The notes under the pieces are model-generated. The model saw only the letters and a list, made by a program, of their open reading frames with translations, made no database searches and was not told the origin of the DNA. A stretch of DNA of 63,915 nucleotides, filler included, from Armatimonadota bacterium (GTDB lineage: Bacteria; Armatimonadota; Fimbriimonadia; Fimbriimonadales; Fimbriimonadaceae), in NCBI GenBank assembly GCA_031400935.1. It is 8 parts of 8 records of this genome, joined end to end, with 100 filler letters (N's around TTAATTAATTAA, not from the genome) between each part and the next. Parts side by side here need not be neighbours in the genome. Positions count along the whole stretch, not along the records: positions 50,435 to 54,331 come from JANNQV010000029.1; positions 54,432 to 61,611 come from JANNQV010000033.1; 6 more parts are not named here. One strand, written 5' to 3'. Both the position numbers and the translations under genes were made by a program. Below are positions 50,804 to 61,711 of this stretch, piece after piece (the stretch's first letter is position 1; each line of letters starts with the position of its first letter).

Positions 50804-51186
50804 TGCGACGTAGCCCCAGCCGCTTGGCCAACATCGTATAGAAGCGTTGTGACCGTGAATCCGCGATTTTCGTCTTCCCCCGCTTTTGAAACGCTTAATC
50901 TGACGATGAGGAGAGCTTCAACTTCAGATGGCTCGGTTTCAAGAGTCCATTCAAGATTTGGGCTTCCTTCATCCTCAAACGTGCCATCCAGCGGTGCGTT
51001 TTGAATCTCGTCCGTTGCAATCAGTTCATCCAATTTTTGGTGAGCTAGTTGTTGTGTTCGCTGCGATTCGCGCACATTTACCTCGGTTCGATTTAGAGAA
51101 GCAAGTGCCTGCAAACTGCCTACTACACCAATACCTAGAAGCACAACAGCTACTAAGACTTCGATGAGGGAGAAACCGCGACGCAA
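50800..51186 (-). CDS. GspI-like minor pseudopilin
   Basis: GFSLIEVLVA. Confidence 0.75.
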   Translation of the reverse strand: MRRGFSLIEVLVAVVLLGIGVVGSLQALASLNRTEVNVRESQRTQQLAHQKLDELIATDEIQNAPLDGTFEDEGSPNLEWTLETEPSEVEALLIVRLSVSKAGEDENRGFTVTTLLYDVGQAAGATSQ

Positions 51187-51726
51187 TTATCCGCCCTCCG
51201 GAACTCGCTGCTCTAGTTCGCCAGCCTGCCATTCGTCAGTTCCTAGTTCGGGCAATTCACCATCTACCCATCGTCCAGCCCCAGTCTGCGCATAAAGCTG
51301 AAGGGATTGAGCTTTTCCATCGAAGCTAAAGTTGATGCCACCGCCATCGCACGTTCCATCACTATAGAAGCGCAGTTCCCAATCTGATCCGGCAGCGTCG
51401 GATTTACCGATCCTCGCCCCAGTAACCTCGACATCAGCCGGAATAGAAACACTGCTCCCGACTTCCTGCCCGTCAACAGATTGAACTTGCAGCTCGTTTG
51501 ATTGGCTGTCGTATGCTAAAACCAAGCTCTCGCTTCGACTTATTGCATTCGCACGAATCGTTCGAATTGCGCCAGGCAATTCAATCGTAAATTTTCTGAC
51601 ATCATCGCCACGACGTAACGAATACAATCTGGGCACTACCAATGCAGAAAAAAGAGCAAAAATAAGCACGACTACGCTAACTTCAATTAACGTAAATCCC
51701 TTGCACTTACGATTGCCTAAGATCAC
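51187..51726 (-). CDS. GspH-like minor pseudopilin
   Basis: GFTLIEV and FYSDG motif. Confidence 0.75.
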   Translation of the reverse strand: MILGNRKCKGFTLIEVSVVVLIFALFSALVVPRLYSLRRGDDVRKFTIELPGAIRTIRANAISRSESLVLAYDSQSNELQVQSVDGQEVGSSVSIPADVEVTGARIGKSDAAGSDWELRFYSDGTCDGGGINFSFDGKAQSLQLYAQTGAGRWVDGELPELGTDEWQAGELEQRVPEGG

Positions 51727-52181
51727 TGCTGAACATCACCTGCGCCTTGGAAGATGTCGATACCTTCCCCTTCACCACCTTCGGCACCATCACCGCCATA
51801 GCTTCCAAGAAGAAAGCTCTCTTCTCCATCTGCCCCGGGATACTCGTATACATAATCAAATCCCCAAGGGTCGGGCGGAATTGGATCCATAGAATACGGG
51901 CCCTTCCAGTTATTCACGTCCGACGGAGCCGAACGAAGAGCTTGAAGCCCTTCCTCTGTACTCGGGAATCGACCGACATCCAGCCGAAATGTCTGAATCA
52001 TGGAACTCAAACGGGCAACGTCGGTTGCTGCTTTCGACCGTTTAGCATCACTGGTTCTACCAATGATTCTAGGAACGATAAGTGCTGCCAAAATCGCCAA
52101 AATGAGCATGACAACGATCAACTCGATCAATGTAAAACCCCTTCGGCCAATCCCGTTTGACTGAAATGTATTTTTCTTCAT
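51723..52181 (-). CDS. gspG: T2SS major pseudopilin
   Basis: GFTLIEL, PSTEEGLQAL, WKGPY, DPWG..Y.Y..PG, SYGGDG..GGEG...DI. Confidence 0.93.
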   Translation of the reverse strand: MKKNTFQSNGIGRRGFTLIELIVVMLILAILAALIVPRIIGRTSDAKRSKAATDVARLSSMIQTFRLDVGRFPSTEEGLQALRSAPSDVNNWKGPYSMDPIPPDPWGFDYVYEYPGADGEESFLLGSYGGDGAEGGEGEGIDIFQGAGDVQQ

Positions 52182-52213
52182 AGTTTTTCCTGCCTTGGAT
52201 AGATTTCTAAAGG

Positions 52214-53422
52214 CTACTTAATGGCGTCTTGTGCCATGAATATGGGTAACAAGATTGAGATCACGACAAACGCAACAAATGCTCCCATAACTAGGACGAT
52301 GATGGGTTCAAGCATTGACATCAGCTTCCTCATGCCATTGTCAACTTCGAAATCAAGAGAGTCGCTCACCCGATTGAGCATCTTTGGCAAGTCGCCCGTT
52401 TCTTCACCAATTGCAACCATATGGGTTAGCACAGGTGGAAACACAGCGGTATCTTGCATTGCTTGATGAATAGATCGACCCTCACGAACCTCATCTGCCA
52501 CTTGGTCGCTGGTTCGCTGAAACACCCGGTTTCCAGCCGCCAGCCCTGAAAGTCTGAGTGCTTCCAAAATCGGAACACCGCCAAAAACTAGGGTTGAGAG
52601 TGTTCTGGCATATCTGGAAATCACGGCTTTGGTAATTACTTTTCCAGCAACAGGCAATCGAAGCAACATCCGGTCACGCATCCACGCCCCAGACTCAGAC
52701 ATAGCCCACCCACGATACAAAAGATAAGTTCCTGCCATTGAAGCAAGAATCAAGATGTAATTTTGAGTGATAACAGCGGTCGTTCCGAGAAGGATCTTTG
52801 TGGACAAGGGAAGTTCGTTCTTCATATCTCGAAAGATAAGTGACAGCCTTGGAACGACAAAAGTTAGCAAGAAAATCACTACTCCAATTGCAACCGATCC
52901 CAAAACTGCTGGATAAACCATTGCTGCCGACAATTGACTTCGCCGGGTTACTTCAATTTGTTGAAATTCTGCAAGTCTTGAACAGACTTCAGCAAATTGC
53001 CCGCTCGCCTCGCCAGCACGCAATGTCTCGGTGAACAAAGGCGGAAACAACTTCGGATGCTTTGCGAGTGCCTGGGAAACGGGCAAACCACTTCGAACAT
53101 CTTCTAAGGCGCTCAAAGCGATTTCAGCAAGAACTGGGCTTTCAGATTGCTCTGCGATAACTTGCAAAACTCGGTCAAGTGGCAATCCCGCAGCAGCGAG
53201 ATCCGACATCCTTCGGCTCATCAGTGCCAGTTCTGCTTTCGATACTTTGCGGCTCTGCCCAAATGTGGAAGTCTGAGCTTTTGATTTTTCCTCAGAAATT
53301 TCAACAACAAACCTGCCTTCAGTCTTAATCGTGGCGATCGCAGTATCTCGGTCCTTCGCCTCAATTTGGCCGGATTTACGCGCCCCAGAAACGTCTAACG
53401 CAACATAAGAGTAATTTGTCAT
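52214..53422 (-). CDS. gspF: T2SS inner-membrane platform protein (GspF/PilC)
   Basis: AGLPL, AGEASG, AMVYP, GEETGDL, LEP. Confidence 0.9.
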   Translation of the reverse strand: MTNYSYVALDVSGARKSGQIEAKDRDTAIATIKTEGRFVVEISEEKSKAQTSTFGQSRKVSKAELALMSRRMSDLAAAGLPLDRVLQVIAEQSESPVLAEIALSALEDVRSGLPVSQALAKHPKLFPPLFTETLRAGEASGQFAEVCSRLAEFQQIEVTRRSQLSAAMVYPAVLGSVAIGVVIFLLTFVVPRLSLIFRDMKNELPLSTKILLGTTAVITQNYILILASMAGTYLLYRGWAMSESGAWMRDRMLLRLPVAGKVITKAVISRYARTLSTLVFGGVPILEALRLSGLAAGNRVFQRTSDQVADEVREGRSIHQAMQDTAVFPPVLTHMVAIGEETGDLPKMLNRVSDSLDFEVDNGMRKLMSMLEPIIVLVMGAFVAFVVISILLPIFMAQDAIK

Positions 53423-54331
53423 ATTGCTTCCCTCTGGCAGACACGAAGAACTTCTTCCGGTGTAGTCTTTCCGCTCAATACTGCCAGTCGTCCGTCTCCA
53501 AGTAGTGTTCTCATGCCTTGTGCTCGAACCGCATATTCTTTGATCACTGAAGACGAAACTCGATCTACTGTCATTTTGCGAACTTCTTCATCAATAATTA
53601 GTAATTCGTAAACACCCTGACGCCCTTTGAATCCAGAACCTTGGCACTTATCGCATCCCACACCCTTCCGCAGATCGCCCTTCTTTACATCGTCTTTTGA
53701 AATTCCGATAGCCTCTAATGCTTCATCGCTGTAAGCAAAGGGTTGCGAACAGAAAGCACAATTTCGTCGAACCAGTCGTTGGGCTATGACACCAACTAAA
53801 GATGATGCAACCAGATATGGCTCTACTTCCATGTCCATGAGCCGAGTTATCGCACCAGCGGAGTCGTTGGTGTGAAGCGTACTGAATACAAGGTGACCCG
53901 TGAGCGCCGCATGAATCGATATCTCCGCTGTTTCATAATCGCGGATTTCACCAACCATGATAATGTCAGGGTCTTGTCGAACAATGCTTCGAAGTCCGTT
54001 TGCAAATGTCAGGCCGATATTAGCGCGAACTTGAATCTGCCCAATTCCGGGAACCTGATATTCCACGGGATCTTCGATAGTCAGGATGTTGGTCGTTGGG
54101 GAATAAATCTCTTGTAGCGAAGCATAAAGCGAAGTTGATTTACCTGAACCTGTTGGACCTGTAGCCAAAATGATCCCATAAGGCATTGATATGAGTCGGC
54201 GGTACTTTTCGAGCACGTCTAGGTTCATTCCTAGCTCTTCCATACCCATCATGGCGGTTCCCTTGTCGAGAATTCTCATGACGGCGCGTTCGCCAAAAAC
54301 CGTAGGGACAATAGAAACACGAACGTCAATC
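53419..54331 (-). CDS. gspE: T2SS ATPase (GspE/PilB), 5' truncated
   Basis: [22 protein letters not shown]...[17 protein letters not shown], CxxC pairs. Confidence 0.92.
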
Positions 54332-54431
54332 NNNNNNNNNNNNNNNNNNNNNNNNNNNNNNNNNNNNNNNNNNNNTTAATTAATTAANNNNNNNNNNNNN
54401 NNNNNNNNNNNNNNNNNNNNNNNNNNNNNNN
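54332..54431. other. Artificial contig linker
   Basis: N-run/TTAATTAATTAA/N-run. Confidence 0.99.
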
Positions 54432-54697
54432 GGCATTTTGGGATTGACGGTTTCGGGCTTTCGCCCGTGAACCGTCCCTGAAATACTCAGGCAAGTTTCA
54501 GAACGAATCTCGCCCCATTTTGCGATCAATTCGGGATCAATAACCACTTGAACAAGACCCGTTCTGTCGCGAACATCCACAAAGAAAAGCCCTCCCAAAT
54601 CGCGCACTTTGTGCGCCCAACCATTGAGAACAACGCTCTTTCCGGAATCGGACTGACGCAATTCTCCACAACCAACGGTGCGCTGAACAAATGCCAT
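54432..54697 (-). CDS. aspS: Aspartate--tRNA ligase, 5' fragment
   Basis: RTVGCGELR...VLNGW....RDLGGLFFVDVRDRTGLVQVV OB-fold. Confidence 0.88.
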
Positions 54698-54820
54698 GGA
54701 AGCCGATAGGATACCAGGTTCAGCAGGTTCAACAATTGGCGATTTTGGAGGAATTTGGCGGGAACTCAAGGATTTATAGCTTGCGTAAAACACCTCGAAC
54801 ACCAATTTAGGAATCAAGTC

Positions 54821-55435
54821 ATGAAACTAACTCTCTCTCGAATCGCCTTGTCCCTTTTTGCATTTGCAACCCTTAACCTCTCTGCATTGGCTCAAGAAAC
54901 CGAAGGTTTTTTCGAACCTCTTTACGTTCGAGTGCTCATGCCGGATATCAAAAAAGAGTTGGGAATTACAGCAGACCAGGTAAGCAAGATCGAGGCAAGT
55001 TTTGGAGATGCAATTCAAGTGGACGGCGACCGGATCATGATCTCGTTTTCGCCGGATTTGAACATGGACGAAATTGACAAAAGTGTTGCAAAAGTTCTTA
55101 CTGAAGTTCAGAACAAAAGATTCTTAGAGATCATTTTGCAATTGGAAGGAATGAAAGAGTTAAAACGGCCCGTATATGCAAAGATGATCGGATTGACGGA
55201 TGATCAGCTAAAGCAGGTTAAGGCGATCGCCAAAGTTTTCCAAGAAGAATTCATGGAAGCGATGCATTCTGGAACGTTCAATGACGATCATGCTGCCGGA
55301 ACCAAGTTTATGAACGGATTGAAAGACAAGTACAACAAGAAAATCGAGCCTGTTCTTACCGACGAGCAGAAACTGAAGTGGAAAGAGATGCTTGGGAAGG
55401 AGTACAAGGCACCGAAACCTCCGCTGTCTAGCTGA
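54821..55435 (+). CDS. Exported Spy/CpxP-like (LTxxQ) protein
   Basis: Signal peptide; repeated ITADQ, LTEVQ, LTDDQ, LTDEQ. Confidence 0.65.
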   Translation: MKLTLSRIALSLFAFATLNLSALAQETEGFFEPLYVRVLMPDIKKELGITADQVSKIEASFGDAIQVDGDRIMISFSPDLNMDEIDKSVAKVLTEVQNKRFLEIILQLEGMKELKRPVYAKMIGLTDDQLKQVKAIAKVFQEEFMEAMHSGTFNDDHAAGTKFMNGLKDKYNKKIEPVLTDEQKLKWKEMLGKEYKAPKPPLSS

Positions 55436-56012
55436 GCATCCTTACTTCCCCGCTTTCCATCTCATAAATCGCTCCAAGAACGACGCATTTTCCATCCACA
55501 ACTGCTCGATGAAGCGAGGCGCATCTTTTCGGGAGTTCTTCGACGGTTTGCCTTACATTTTCTTCTAATGCGGCTTGCATCAGATCAGTTGGGCTCTGCC
55601 GTTGAGCTTGGAAAACCGCGTAGCTAATCATAGAGCGAAGCGGGCCGCCTACTCCTCGCTCTTCGCCTCTCACAATTTGTCCGACAGCAAGACAGTTTGT
55701 ATGGCCGACAACCAACACGAGCGGGATGTCGAAATCTGTGGCGATATCAACCATCCAGAGCGCGGAATCGGCGGCGACGTTTCCTGGAACACGGGCGCAA
55801 AAAATAGCTCCCAATGGCTGGTCAAAAACAACTTCAGGGGCAACTCGAGAATCTGCACATGCCACAACCGCCGCGAATGGCCGCTGGTCTTCCGCGATTT
55901 CAATACGCTCAGTTTCTCCGTAAATTCTATGAATCGAGTTGCCTGTTGCAAATCGCTGGTTACCCTTCAATAGAGTATCGAGCGCGTCATCGGCGTCTGC
56001 AGTCATTTCCAT
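55428..56012 (-). CDS. Beta-class carbonic anhydrase
   Basis: GNQRF, CADSRV.PE.VFD, GHTNC; the upstream extension in the ORF track is a nonamer repeat. Confidence 0.9.
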   Translation of the reverse strand: MEMTADADDALDTLLKGNQRFATGNSIHRIYGETERIEIAEDQRPFAAVVACADSRVAPEVVFDQPLGAIFCARVPGNVAADSALWMVDIATDFDIPLVLVVGHTNCLAVGQIVRGEERGVGGPLRSMISYAVFQAQRQSPTDLMQAALEENVRQTVEELPKRCASLHRAVVDGKCVVLGAIYEMESGEVRMLS

Positions 56013-56032
56013 TGAAGAAGAGTTTAGCACCG

Positions 56033-56113
56033 GGGAGTGAAGTGGGTGAAGTGGGTGAGTTGGGTCACCCACATCACTAAGTCACCCAAATCACCCAACT
56101 CACAAGGTCACCC
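56033..56113. repeat. Inverted nonamer arrays (GGGTGAAGT / TCACCCAAA)
   Basis: gagtgaagt gggtgaagt gggtgagtt gggt, then cacccacat cactaagt cacccaaat cacccaact cac. Confidence 0.8.
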
Positions 56114-56160
56114 ATGTTACATTCCGCTGGTATCATCAAGGGAACTCGAATTGACGCACT

Positions 56161-56949
56161 ATGCCTGACTCAGCCGAATCTGCAACTTTGATCCCCGAAT
56201 CCGCTTCGGTTCGATCACCATTTTTCAGTCGGCGCAAGCTAAACCGAGTCTTAGTCAAGCTCAGCGGCGAAGCATTGGCAGGAAAAAAGGGCTTTGGCCT
56301 TGATCCTGAAATCCTTTCCTACATTGCGAAGGAAATCGCGGCGGTTCACCATTCAGGGTGCCAAGTAGTAATCGTCGTGGGCGGCGGAAACTATGTTCGA
56401 GGCGAACAATTTTCTTCAAAAGGGGGATTCGACCGAACAGTAGGCGACCAAATGGGAATGCTGGCAACGGTAATGAACGGGCTTGCATTGATGTCAGCCA
56501 TTGAACTTGCGGGTGTGCAAACTAGGGTTCAAAGCGCCATCAACATTTCGCAAGTTTGCGAACCGTTTATTCGTCGGCGAGCCGTTCGTCACCTAGAAAA
56601 AGGGCGATGCGTTGTTCTGGCGGCAGGAACTGGCAATCCATACTTTACAACAGATACAGCATCTGTCCTACGAGCGCTAGAAATGGATGTAGACTGTTTA
56701 GTCAAGGCGACTAAAGTTGATGGAATTTATAACAAAGACCCTAAGCAACACGCAGACGCTGTTCGATATGAAACCCTAACTTATAGCGAAGCAATCTCGA
56801 AGCGCCTGGCGGTTATGGATCAGACAGCTTTCACCATGTGCCACGAACACAATTTGCCGCTAATTGTTGTAGATTTTAACCAAGCAGGTGCATTGCATCG
56901 TGCTGCTATAGGGGAAACGGTTGGAACATTGGTTGTCCAACAACTCTAG
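56161..56949 (+). CDS. pyrH: Uridylate kinase
   Basis: KLSGEAL, GGGN..RG, DQMGMLAT.MN, GTGNPYFTTD. Confidence 0.96.
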   Translation: MPDSAESATLIPESASVRSPFFSRRKLNRVLVKLSGEALAGKKGFGLDPEILSYIAKEIAAVHHSGCQVVIVVGGGNYVRGEQFSSKGGFDRTVGDQMGMLATVMNGLALMSAIELAGVQTRVQSAINISQVCEPFIRRRAVRHLEKGRCVVLAAGTGNPYFTTDTASVLRALEMDVDCLVKATKVDGIYNKDPKQHADAVRYETLTYSEAISKRLAVMDQTAFTMCHEHNLPLIVVDFNQAGALHRAAIGETVGTLVVQQL

Positions 56950-56986
56950 TTTAGATTTTAGAAATACTAAAAAATAGGAACAAAAA

Positions 56987-57547
56987 ATGACCGTTGAAGA
57001 GATTTTAACTGACGCTGATCATCGAATGGATCAAGCACTTGATGCAATGAAGCACGATTTTTCGACTTACAGAACCGGAAGAGCAAGTCCGGTACTCCTA
57101 GAGCGCATTATGGTTGATTATTACGGTGTCGAAACGCCAGTTTCGCAGGTGGGCAATGTATCTACTCCCGAAGCTCGCCAACTAATGATTACGCCTTATG
57201 ACAAGAACTTAATGAGCGTGATTGAACGGGCAATATTGAAAAGCGATTTAGGGATTAACCCCACAAATGATGGCGTGAATATTCGGCTCATTTTTCCGCC
57301 CATGACCGAAGAGCGCCGTAAAGAAATGGTGAAACAAGTGAACGCGCGGACGGAGCAAGGTTGCGTTGCAGTTCGTAATGTTCGTCACCATGCGATGGAG
57401 CACATCAAAGCCGCAAAAGATCGAAAGGAAATCACTGAAGATGAACAGAAATCTTTGGAACAACGTGTTCAAAAGCTGACAGATGGGCACGTTGCGAAAG
57501 CACATGAGCTTCAAAAGAAGAAAGACGCGGAGCTGATGGAGGTCTAG
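56987..57547 (+). CDS. frr: Ribosome recycling factor
   Basis: RTGRA, VDYYG, SDLGINP.NDG, PPMTEERR. Confidence 0.96.
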   Translation: MTVEEILTDADHRMDQALDAMKHDFSTYRTGRASPVLLERIMVDYYGVETPVSQVGNVSTPEARQLMITPYDKNLMSVIERAILKSDLGINPTNDGVNIRLIFPPMTEERRKEMVKQVNARTEQGCVAVRNVRHHAMEHIKAAKDRKEITEDEQKSLEQRVQKLTDGHVAKAHELQKKKDAELMEV

Positions 57548-57550
57548 GAA

Positions 57551-57665
57551 GGGTATGGGGTATAGGGTCGGATGTACCAACGACTCTATTTTAAACGTAT
57601 CCTAAAATTCCCCAGACCAAATACCCCATATCCTTTACCCTTTACCCTATACCCGGTATCCCATA
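57551..57665. repeat. Inverted heptamer arrays between frr and uppS
   Basis: gggtatg gggtata gggtcgg ... ccccaga ccaaata ccccata tccttta cccttta ccctata cccggta tcccata(TG). Confidence 0.82.
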
Positions 57666-58375
57666 TGACTCAATTACCCCAAACACCTCGTCACATTGCC
57701 ATCATAATGGATGGCAATGGAAGGTGGGCAACCGAACAGGGAAAAAACCGCCTTGAAGGACACGCCAAAGGGTACGAAACTCTTCAAGAGATCGTGTTCG
57801 CTGCTGGCGAAATAGGAATCCCCTACTTAACAGTTTACGCATTTTCGGCCGAGAATTGGCGGCGACCGAACGACGAAGTTGGCGGACTAATGGAACTGAT
57901 TGAGCATGCCATGCTTGAGCAAATTCGCAGCCTCAAAGAGCACAATGTTCGCACGAAAGTGATTGGCCGACTAAATGAACTACCTGAATCGCTTCGAGAT
58001 GCTTTAGTGCAAGGCATGGAAGAAACCAAGGATTGTACTGGGTTGACATTTACTTTAGCTATTAACTATGGTGGAAGGACTGAGATAGTTGACGCTATCA
58101 AAAGCATAATTGGACAGAATGTAACCGTTGATCAAGTCTCTGAAGAAACGATAAACAATAACTTATATGATCCAGAATTACCAGAAACAGACTTAATGAT
58201 ACGAACAGCCGGTGAAATGCGCTGGAGCAATTTTCTTATCTGGCAATCTGCATATGCAGAACTCGTAGTAACTCAGAAACCTTGGCCCGACTTCACAATG
58301 GATGATCTGAAAGCAGCAATTGGTCAATTTCAAGGTCGAACTCGCAAATTTGGCGCCGTTGTTGATCCGAATTAG
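57665..58375 (+). CDS. uppS: Undecaprenyl diphosphate synthase
   Basis: HIAIIMDGNGRWA, YAFSAENW.RP, NYGGR, IRT.GE.R.SNFL.WQ.AY. Confidence 0.95.
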   Translation: MTQLPQTPRHIAIIMDGNGRWATEQGKNRLEGHAKGYETLQEIVFAAGEIGIPYLTVYAFSAENWRRPNDEVGGLMELIEHAMLEQIRSLKEHNVRTKVIGRLNELPESLRDALVQGMEETKDCTGLTFTLAINYGGRTEIVDAIKSIIGQNVTVDQVSEETINNNLYDPELPETDLMIRTAGEMRWSNFLIWQSAYAELVVTQKPWPDFTMDDLKAAIGQFQGRTRKFGAVVDPN

Positions 58376-58380
58376 CCACG

Positions 58381-59388
58381 TTAAGCCTCGTAAGGCTGCT
58401 TCAATTTGCAAGTCGCTGACAAAATCGTTTCAAGCACCTGCTCAACTGGAATTCCTTCAACACATTTGCATTGTTTTGTCTTATTGCATTCAAAACATGC
58501 GCTTTCTGCTTCAATTACAACGGTGTTTGGGCCGATCGGCCCCCATCGAACGGCATCAACGCCTGTCTTCCGAGAAAACAAACCGATTGTATAAATTCCC
58601 TGAACTGCTGCTAAGTGCATTGGGCCGGTGCTGTTTGAGACAATTGCGTCGCATTTTCCAAGAAATCGGATTAACTGAGATAGATCGAATCGCCCTATCA
58701 AATTAGTGATATTGGGAAAACGTGCTGAAATAGGGTCTATTCGGCTTCGATCTTCTTCAGTTCCCGTCACAAGTATGTTGAATCTAAGCGGATCCAATTG
58801 TTCGATAAGAGTACAGAAATTGTCAACTCCCCATTCAGGAGCATGACCTCTCGATCCTGGATGTATTACTAAGTTCACACGTTTGTCATCCAGAAAATCA
58901 TCGAATTCGCCTTCGACAAATTCTGGTTTCATCAAGTTCATTAATGAAATCTCAGTAATGGAATAGTCCGACCTGATTCCTAACGGCTTTGCAACTATTA
59001 GGTTCATTTGCACCTCATGCAATTTCAGCTTTCTACGATGAACCCATAACCAACGATTGCAAGTTAGAAAATTGAACCATCTCGTCACCGAACCAATCCG
59101 AATCGGAATTCTCGCTTTCTTAGCCATTTTAGCGAGTAAACGATTCGGAAAGACGTGAATCAAGCAGTCTGCATCGAGCGATTTCAAACAATCTGGTTCT
59201 GATTGCACTCGCTCCCAAGACACAAATTCATCTACTGAACTGCATAGCCTCACAAGACTTTCGGTGTAGTTCTGTCCCAAGAAAAATATCTTGGAATCGG
59301 GGAATTTCTCCCGTAAACAAACTGCAAGCGGCAAGGTCAATAGGACATCGCCGATGGCATCAACTCGACTGATAATGATTCGCTTCAC
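58381..59388 (-). CDS. GT9 (heptosyltransferase-like) glycosyltransferase
   Basis: DAIGDVLLT.P, HPGS, STGPMHLAA, RWGP. Confidence 0.88.
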   Translation of the reverse strand: MKRIIISRVDAIGDVLLTLPLAVCLREKFPDSKIFFLGQNYTESLVRLCSSVDEFVSWERVQSEPDCLKSLDADCLIHVFPNRLLAKMAKKARIPIRIGSVTRWFNFLTCNRWLWVHRRKLKLHEVQMNLIVAKPLGIRSDYSITEISLMNLMKPEFVEGEFDDFLDDKRVNLVIHPGSRGHAPEWGVDNFCTLIEQLDPLRFNILVTGTEEDRSRIDPISARFPNITNLIGRFDLSQLIRFLGKCDAIVSNSTGPMHLAAVQGIYTIGLFSRKTGVDAVRWGPIGPNTVVIEAESACFECNKTKQCKCVEGIPVEQVLETILSATCKLKQPYEA

Positions 59389-59416
59389 ATCAAAATAGAA
59401 CTATCGCTTAATTGGC

Positions 59417-60154
59417 TCATTGTGGACAATTTTGATGCCACGGTGTACGGCCAGGAACAAGTGGAATAGGATACATCCTCATTAGATCCACCCCAGAATA
59501 CGGCAGACCACAAGGGTCTGATAGGAGGCGACCTTTTGAAAGCCATTTGGCATGACCATCAAAGAAAATATTGTTGCAACCTTTGTTCTGCAATTCTAAA
59601 GCCAATACAGGTTCGTTAAAGCCAGGCTTGTCATAAAGGTTTTTTGGCGGCTCGTACCAAGAATCGTCAAATGGTTTGCCCTTGATTGCGATTACAACGA
59701 TATCGGCAGGTCTCTCAATTTGACTCAGCATTAACCCTTCTGCCGCCCGATTGGCAACGTATGACCTCTTGACCAAGGGGCGATCCGCAGCATTCCCGTC
59801 CTCTAATGGTGATGGCTTTTGAGCCGGATCGCTTGGCGAACGTAGAATTTCAATATTTGAACTTTGATATGGCAAAATCTGGTTCCACCAACGATTCGCT
59901 CGCGTTGCACCAAATGGTGATGAAGGATTCGTCCTTGAAAGGTCAACGTTGTGCGCAAAGAAAAAGCACACACCATCGGAATCGTCCATATACATTGTCA
60001 GTGCAATACCCAACTGGCGCATATTGCTGAGACAGGAGATTTTCTTAGCCGCCGATTTAGCCTGAGCAAAAACTGGAAACAAGATCGCCGCCAAGATCGC
60101 GACAATCGAAATCACTACCAAGAGTTCAATAAGTGTAAAAGCGGAACGGCGCAC
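59417..60154 (-). CDS. Prepilin-type N-terminal cleavage / DUF1559-like protein
   Basis: [29 protein letters not shown]...CLSN.RQ; C-terminal N..F.DGHAK. Confidence 0.88.
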   Translation of the reverse strand: MRRSAFTLIELLVVISIVAILAAILFPVFAQAKSAAKKISCLSNMRQLGIALTMYMDDSDGVCFFFAHNVDLSRTNPSSPFGATRANRWWNQILPYQSSNIEILRSPSDPAQKPSPLEDGNAADRPLVKRSYVANRAAEGLMLSQIERPADIVVIAIKGKPFDDSWYEPPKNLYDKPGFNEPVLALELQNKGCNNIFFDGHAKWLSKGRLLSDPCGLPYSGVDLMRMYPIPLVPGRTPWHQNCPQ

Positions 60155-60213
60155 TAGCTTATAGTATCTCCAATCTGTACGCCTCGCAATTGCGAAATTG
60201 TTAAATTTCGATA

Positions 60214-61269
60214 TTACATGCTAAACCATTTCTCTGCTATCTGGACGGCATTCAATGCTGCACCCTTCCTAAGTTGATCTCCGCAGGCAAAAAGACATAA
60301 GGCATTTTCGTTTGAAAGGTCCTTGCGAATTCTTCCCACCAGAACATCATCACCACCAGAAGCTTCAAGCGGCATCGGAAAGTGATTCCCTGCTCGATCA
60401 TCTACAACGCGAACTCCGGGAGCTTTGGACAGTACTTCTCGAACCGAATCTTCCGATGGAGCTTGTCCTTCAAACTCAACCGTAATTGACTCGCTATGCG
60501 CTCTCAGAACTGGAACTCGAATGCAAGTCACGTTTACCTTTAGGTCAGCTTGGCCCAAGATCTTTCGTGACTCTTCGATGACTTTCGATTCTTCTTCGTT
60601 GTAGCCAGCATCATTGATCTGCGTGTTATGACTGAAGAGATTGAATGCATAGGGGTGGGGGAATACTACTGGAATGGCCTCTTCGCCATGTAAGAATGAG
60701 GCCGTTTGACTTCTAAGCTCCTCCATTGCGGCCGCCCCTGCCCCACTCGCACTTTGATACGTGCTTACTATAATCCTCTTAATTTTTCCAAGAGCTCGCA
60801 ATGGCGCAATTGCCATGAGCAAGACAATTGCCGTGCAATTCGGCACAGCCAAAATGCGACTTTCCGGCTTGACGGAATTCCAGTTGATCTCAGGAATGAT
60901 GAGCGGCACACCTTCATCCATCCGAAATGCACTTGAGTTGTCAATAACAAGCGCACTTGCACGAACGGCAATTGGTGCCCATTCCTTTGATCTGGCAGCT
61001 CCTGCGCTGAAGAAAACAATATCTAGTCCCGCGAACCTATCTTCTTGGAGCCCCTCGACTGTCAAGGTTGCACTCTGAAATTCTACAAACGATCCTGCCG
61101 ATCTTGAACTTGCAAAGGCTCTAACTTCCTTTATTGGAAACTGCCGTTGATCGAGAATTTGCAGTAGCTCTTTGCCAACGGCTCCCGTGGCACCGACGAT
61201 TCCAACTGAAAGCTGTTGATTCACTCCCAACTTGATACCTGAGACATTCCGATCCGTGCTAATCGCCAA
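60214..61269 (-). CDS. asd: Aspartate-semialdehyde dehydrogenase
   Basis: [48 protein letters not shown]. Confidence 0.95.
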   Translation of the reverse strand: MAISTDRNVSGIKLGVNQQLSVGIVGATGAVGKELLQILDQRQFPIKEVRAFASSRSAGSFVEFQSATLTVEGLQEDRFAGLDIVFFSAGAARSKEWAPIAVRASALVIDNSSAFRMDEGVPLIIPEINWNSVKPESRILAVPNCTAIVLLMAIAPLRALGKIKRIIVSTYQSASGAGAAAMEELRSQTASFLHGEEAIPVVFPHPYAFNLFSHNTQINDAGYNEEESKVIEESRKILGQADLKVNVTCIRVPVLRAHSESITVEFEGQAPSEDSVREVLSKAPGVRVVDDRAGNHFPMPLEASGGDDVLVGRIRKDLSNENALCLFACGDQLRKGAALNAVQIAEKWFSM

Positions 61270-61411
61270 CTCTTAGCACTCCAAATCGCAAGGTAGAGCC
61301 CATTTGTATTTCATGCTGCTTTGTTGATACAGAGTTTTTTTGGAACCTGAAAAAGAAAAAATTACTAGAAGTGCTGGAAAAGACTTTACTTTTTTGCACG
61401 AGTTTGCTAAG

Positions 61412-61611
61412 ATGAAAATCATGAGGAATTTTTTGATTTTGATCGCAAGTGTTGCAGTTTTGACGGGTTGCAGTTCAATGTTCGGAGGCAATGGCGGAAC
61501 GCCAATGTATGTAACGATGGCCGATTCGGCTCCAAAATATGCCGACAAAGGTTCCTGGGAAACGTTTGTCCCAGGCAGGTGGGCCACAGAAGAATACGAG
61601 CAGCCAAGCGA
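61412..61611 (+). CDS. Lipoprotein, 3' truncated
   Basis: MKIMRNFLILIASVAVLTGC lipobox. Confidence 0.6.
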
Positions 61612-61711
61612 NNNNNNNNNNNNNNNNNNNNNNNNNNNNNNNNNNNNNNNNNNNNTTAATTAATTAANNNNNNNNNNNNNNNNNNNNNNNNNNNNNNNNN
61701 NNNNNNNNNNN
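61612..61711. other. Artificial contig linker
   Basis: N-run/TTAATTAATTAA/N-run. Confidence 0.99.

Noticed and set aside
1591..57665. Short repeat arrays as CRISPR
   Set aside because: Units are 7-10 nt and tandem, with no 23-47-nt repeats separated by unique spacers and no cas genes.
10993..61711. Seven identical TTAATTAATTAA motifs within N-runs
   Set aside because: Artificial all-frame-stop contig linkers. ORFs running into them are truncated, not pseudogenes, and adjacency across them is not biological.
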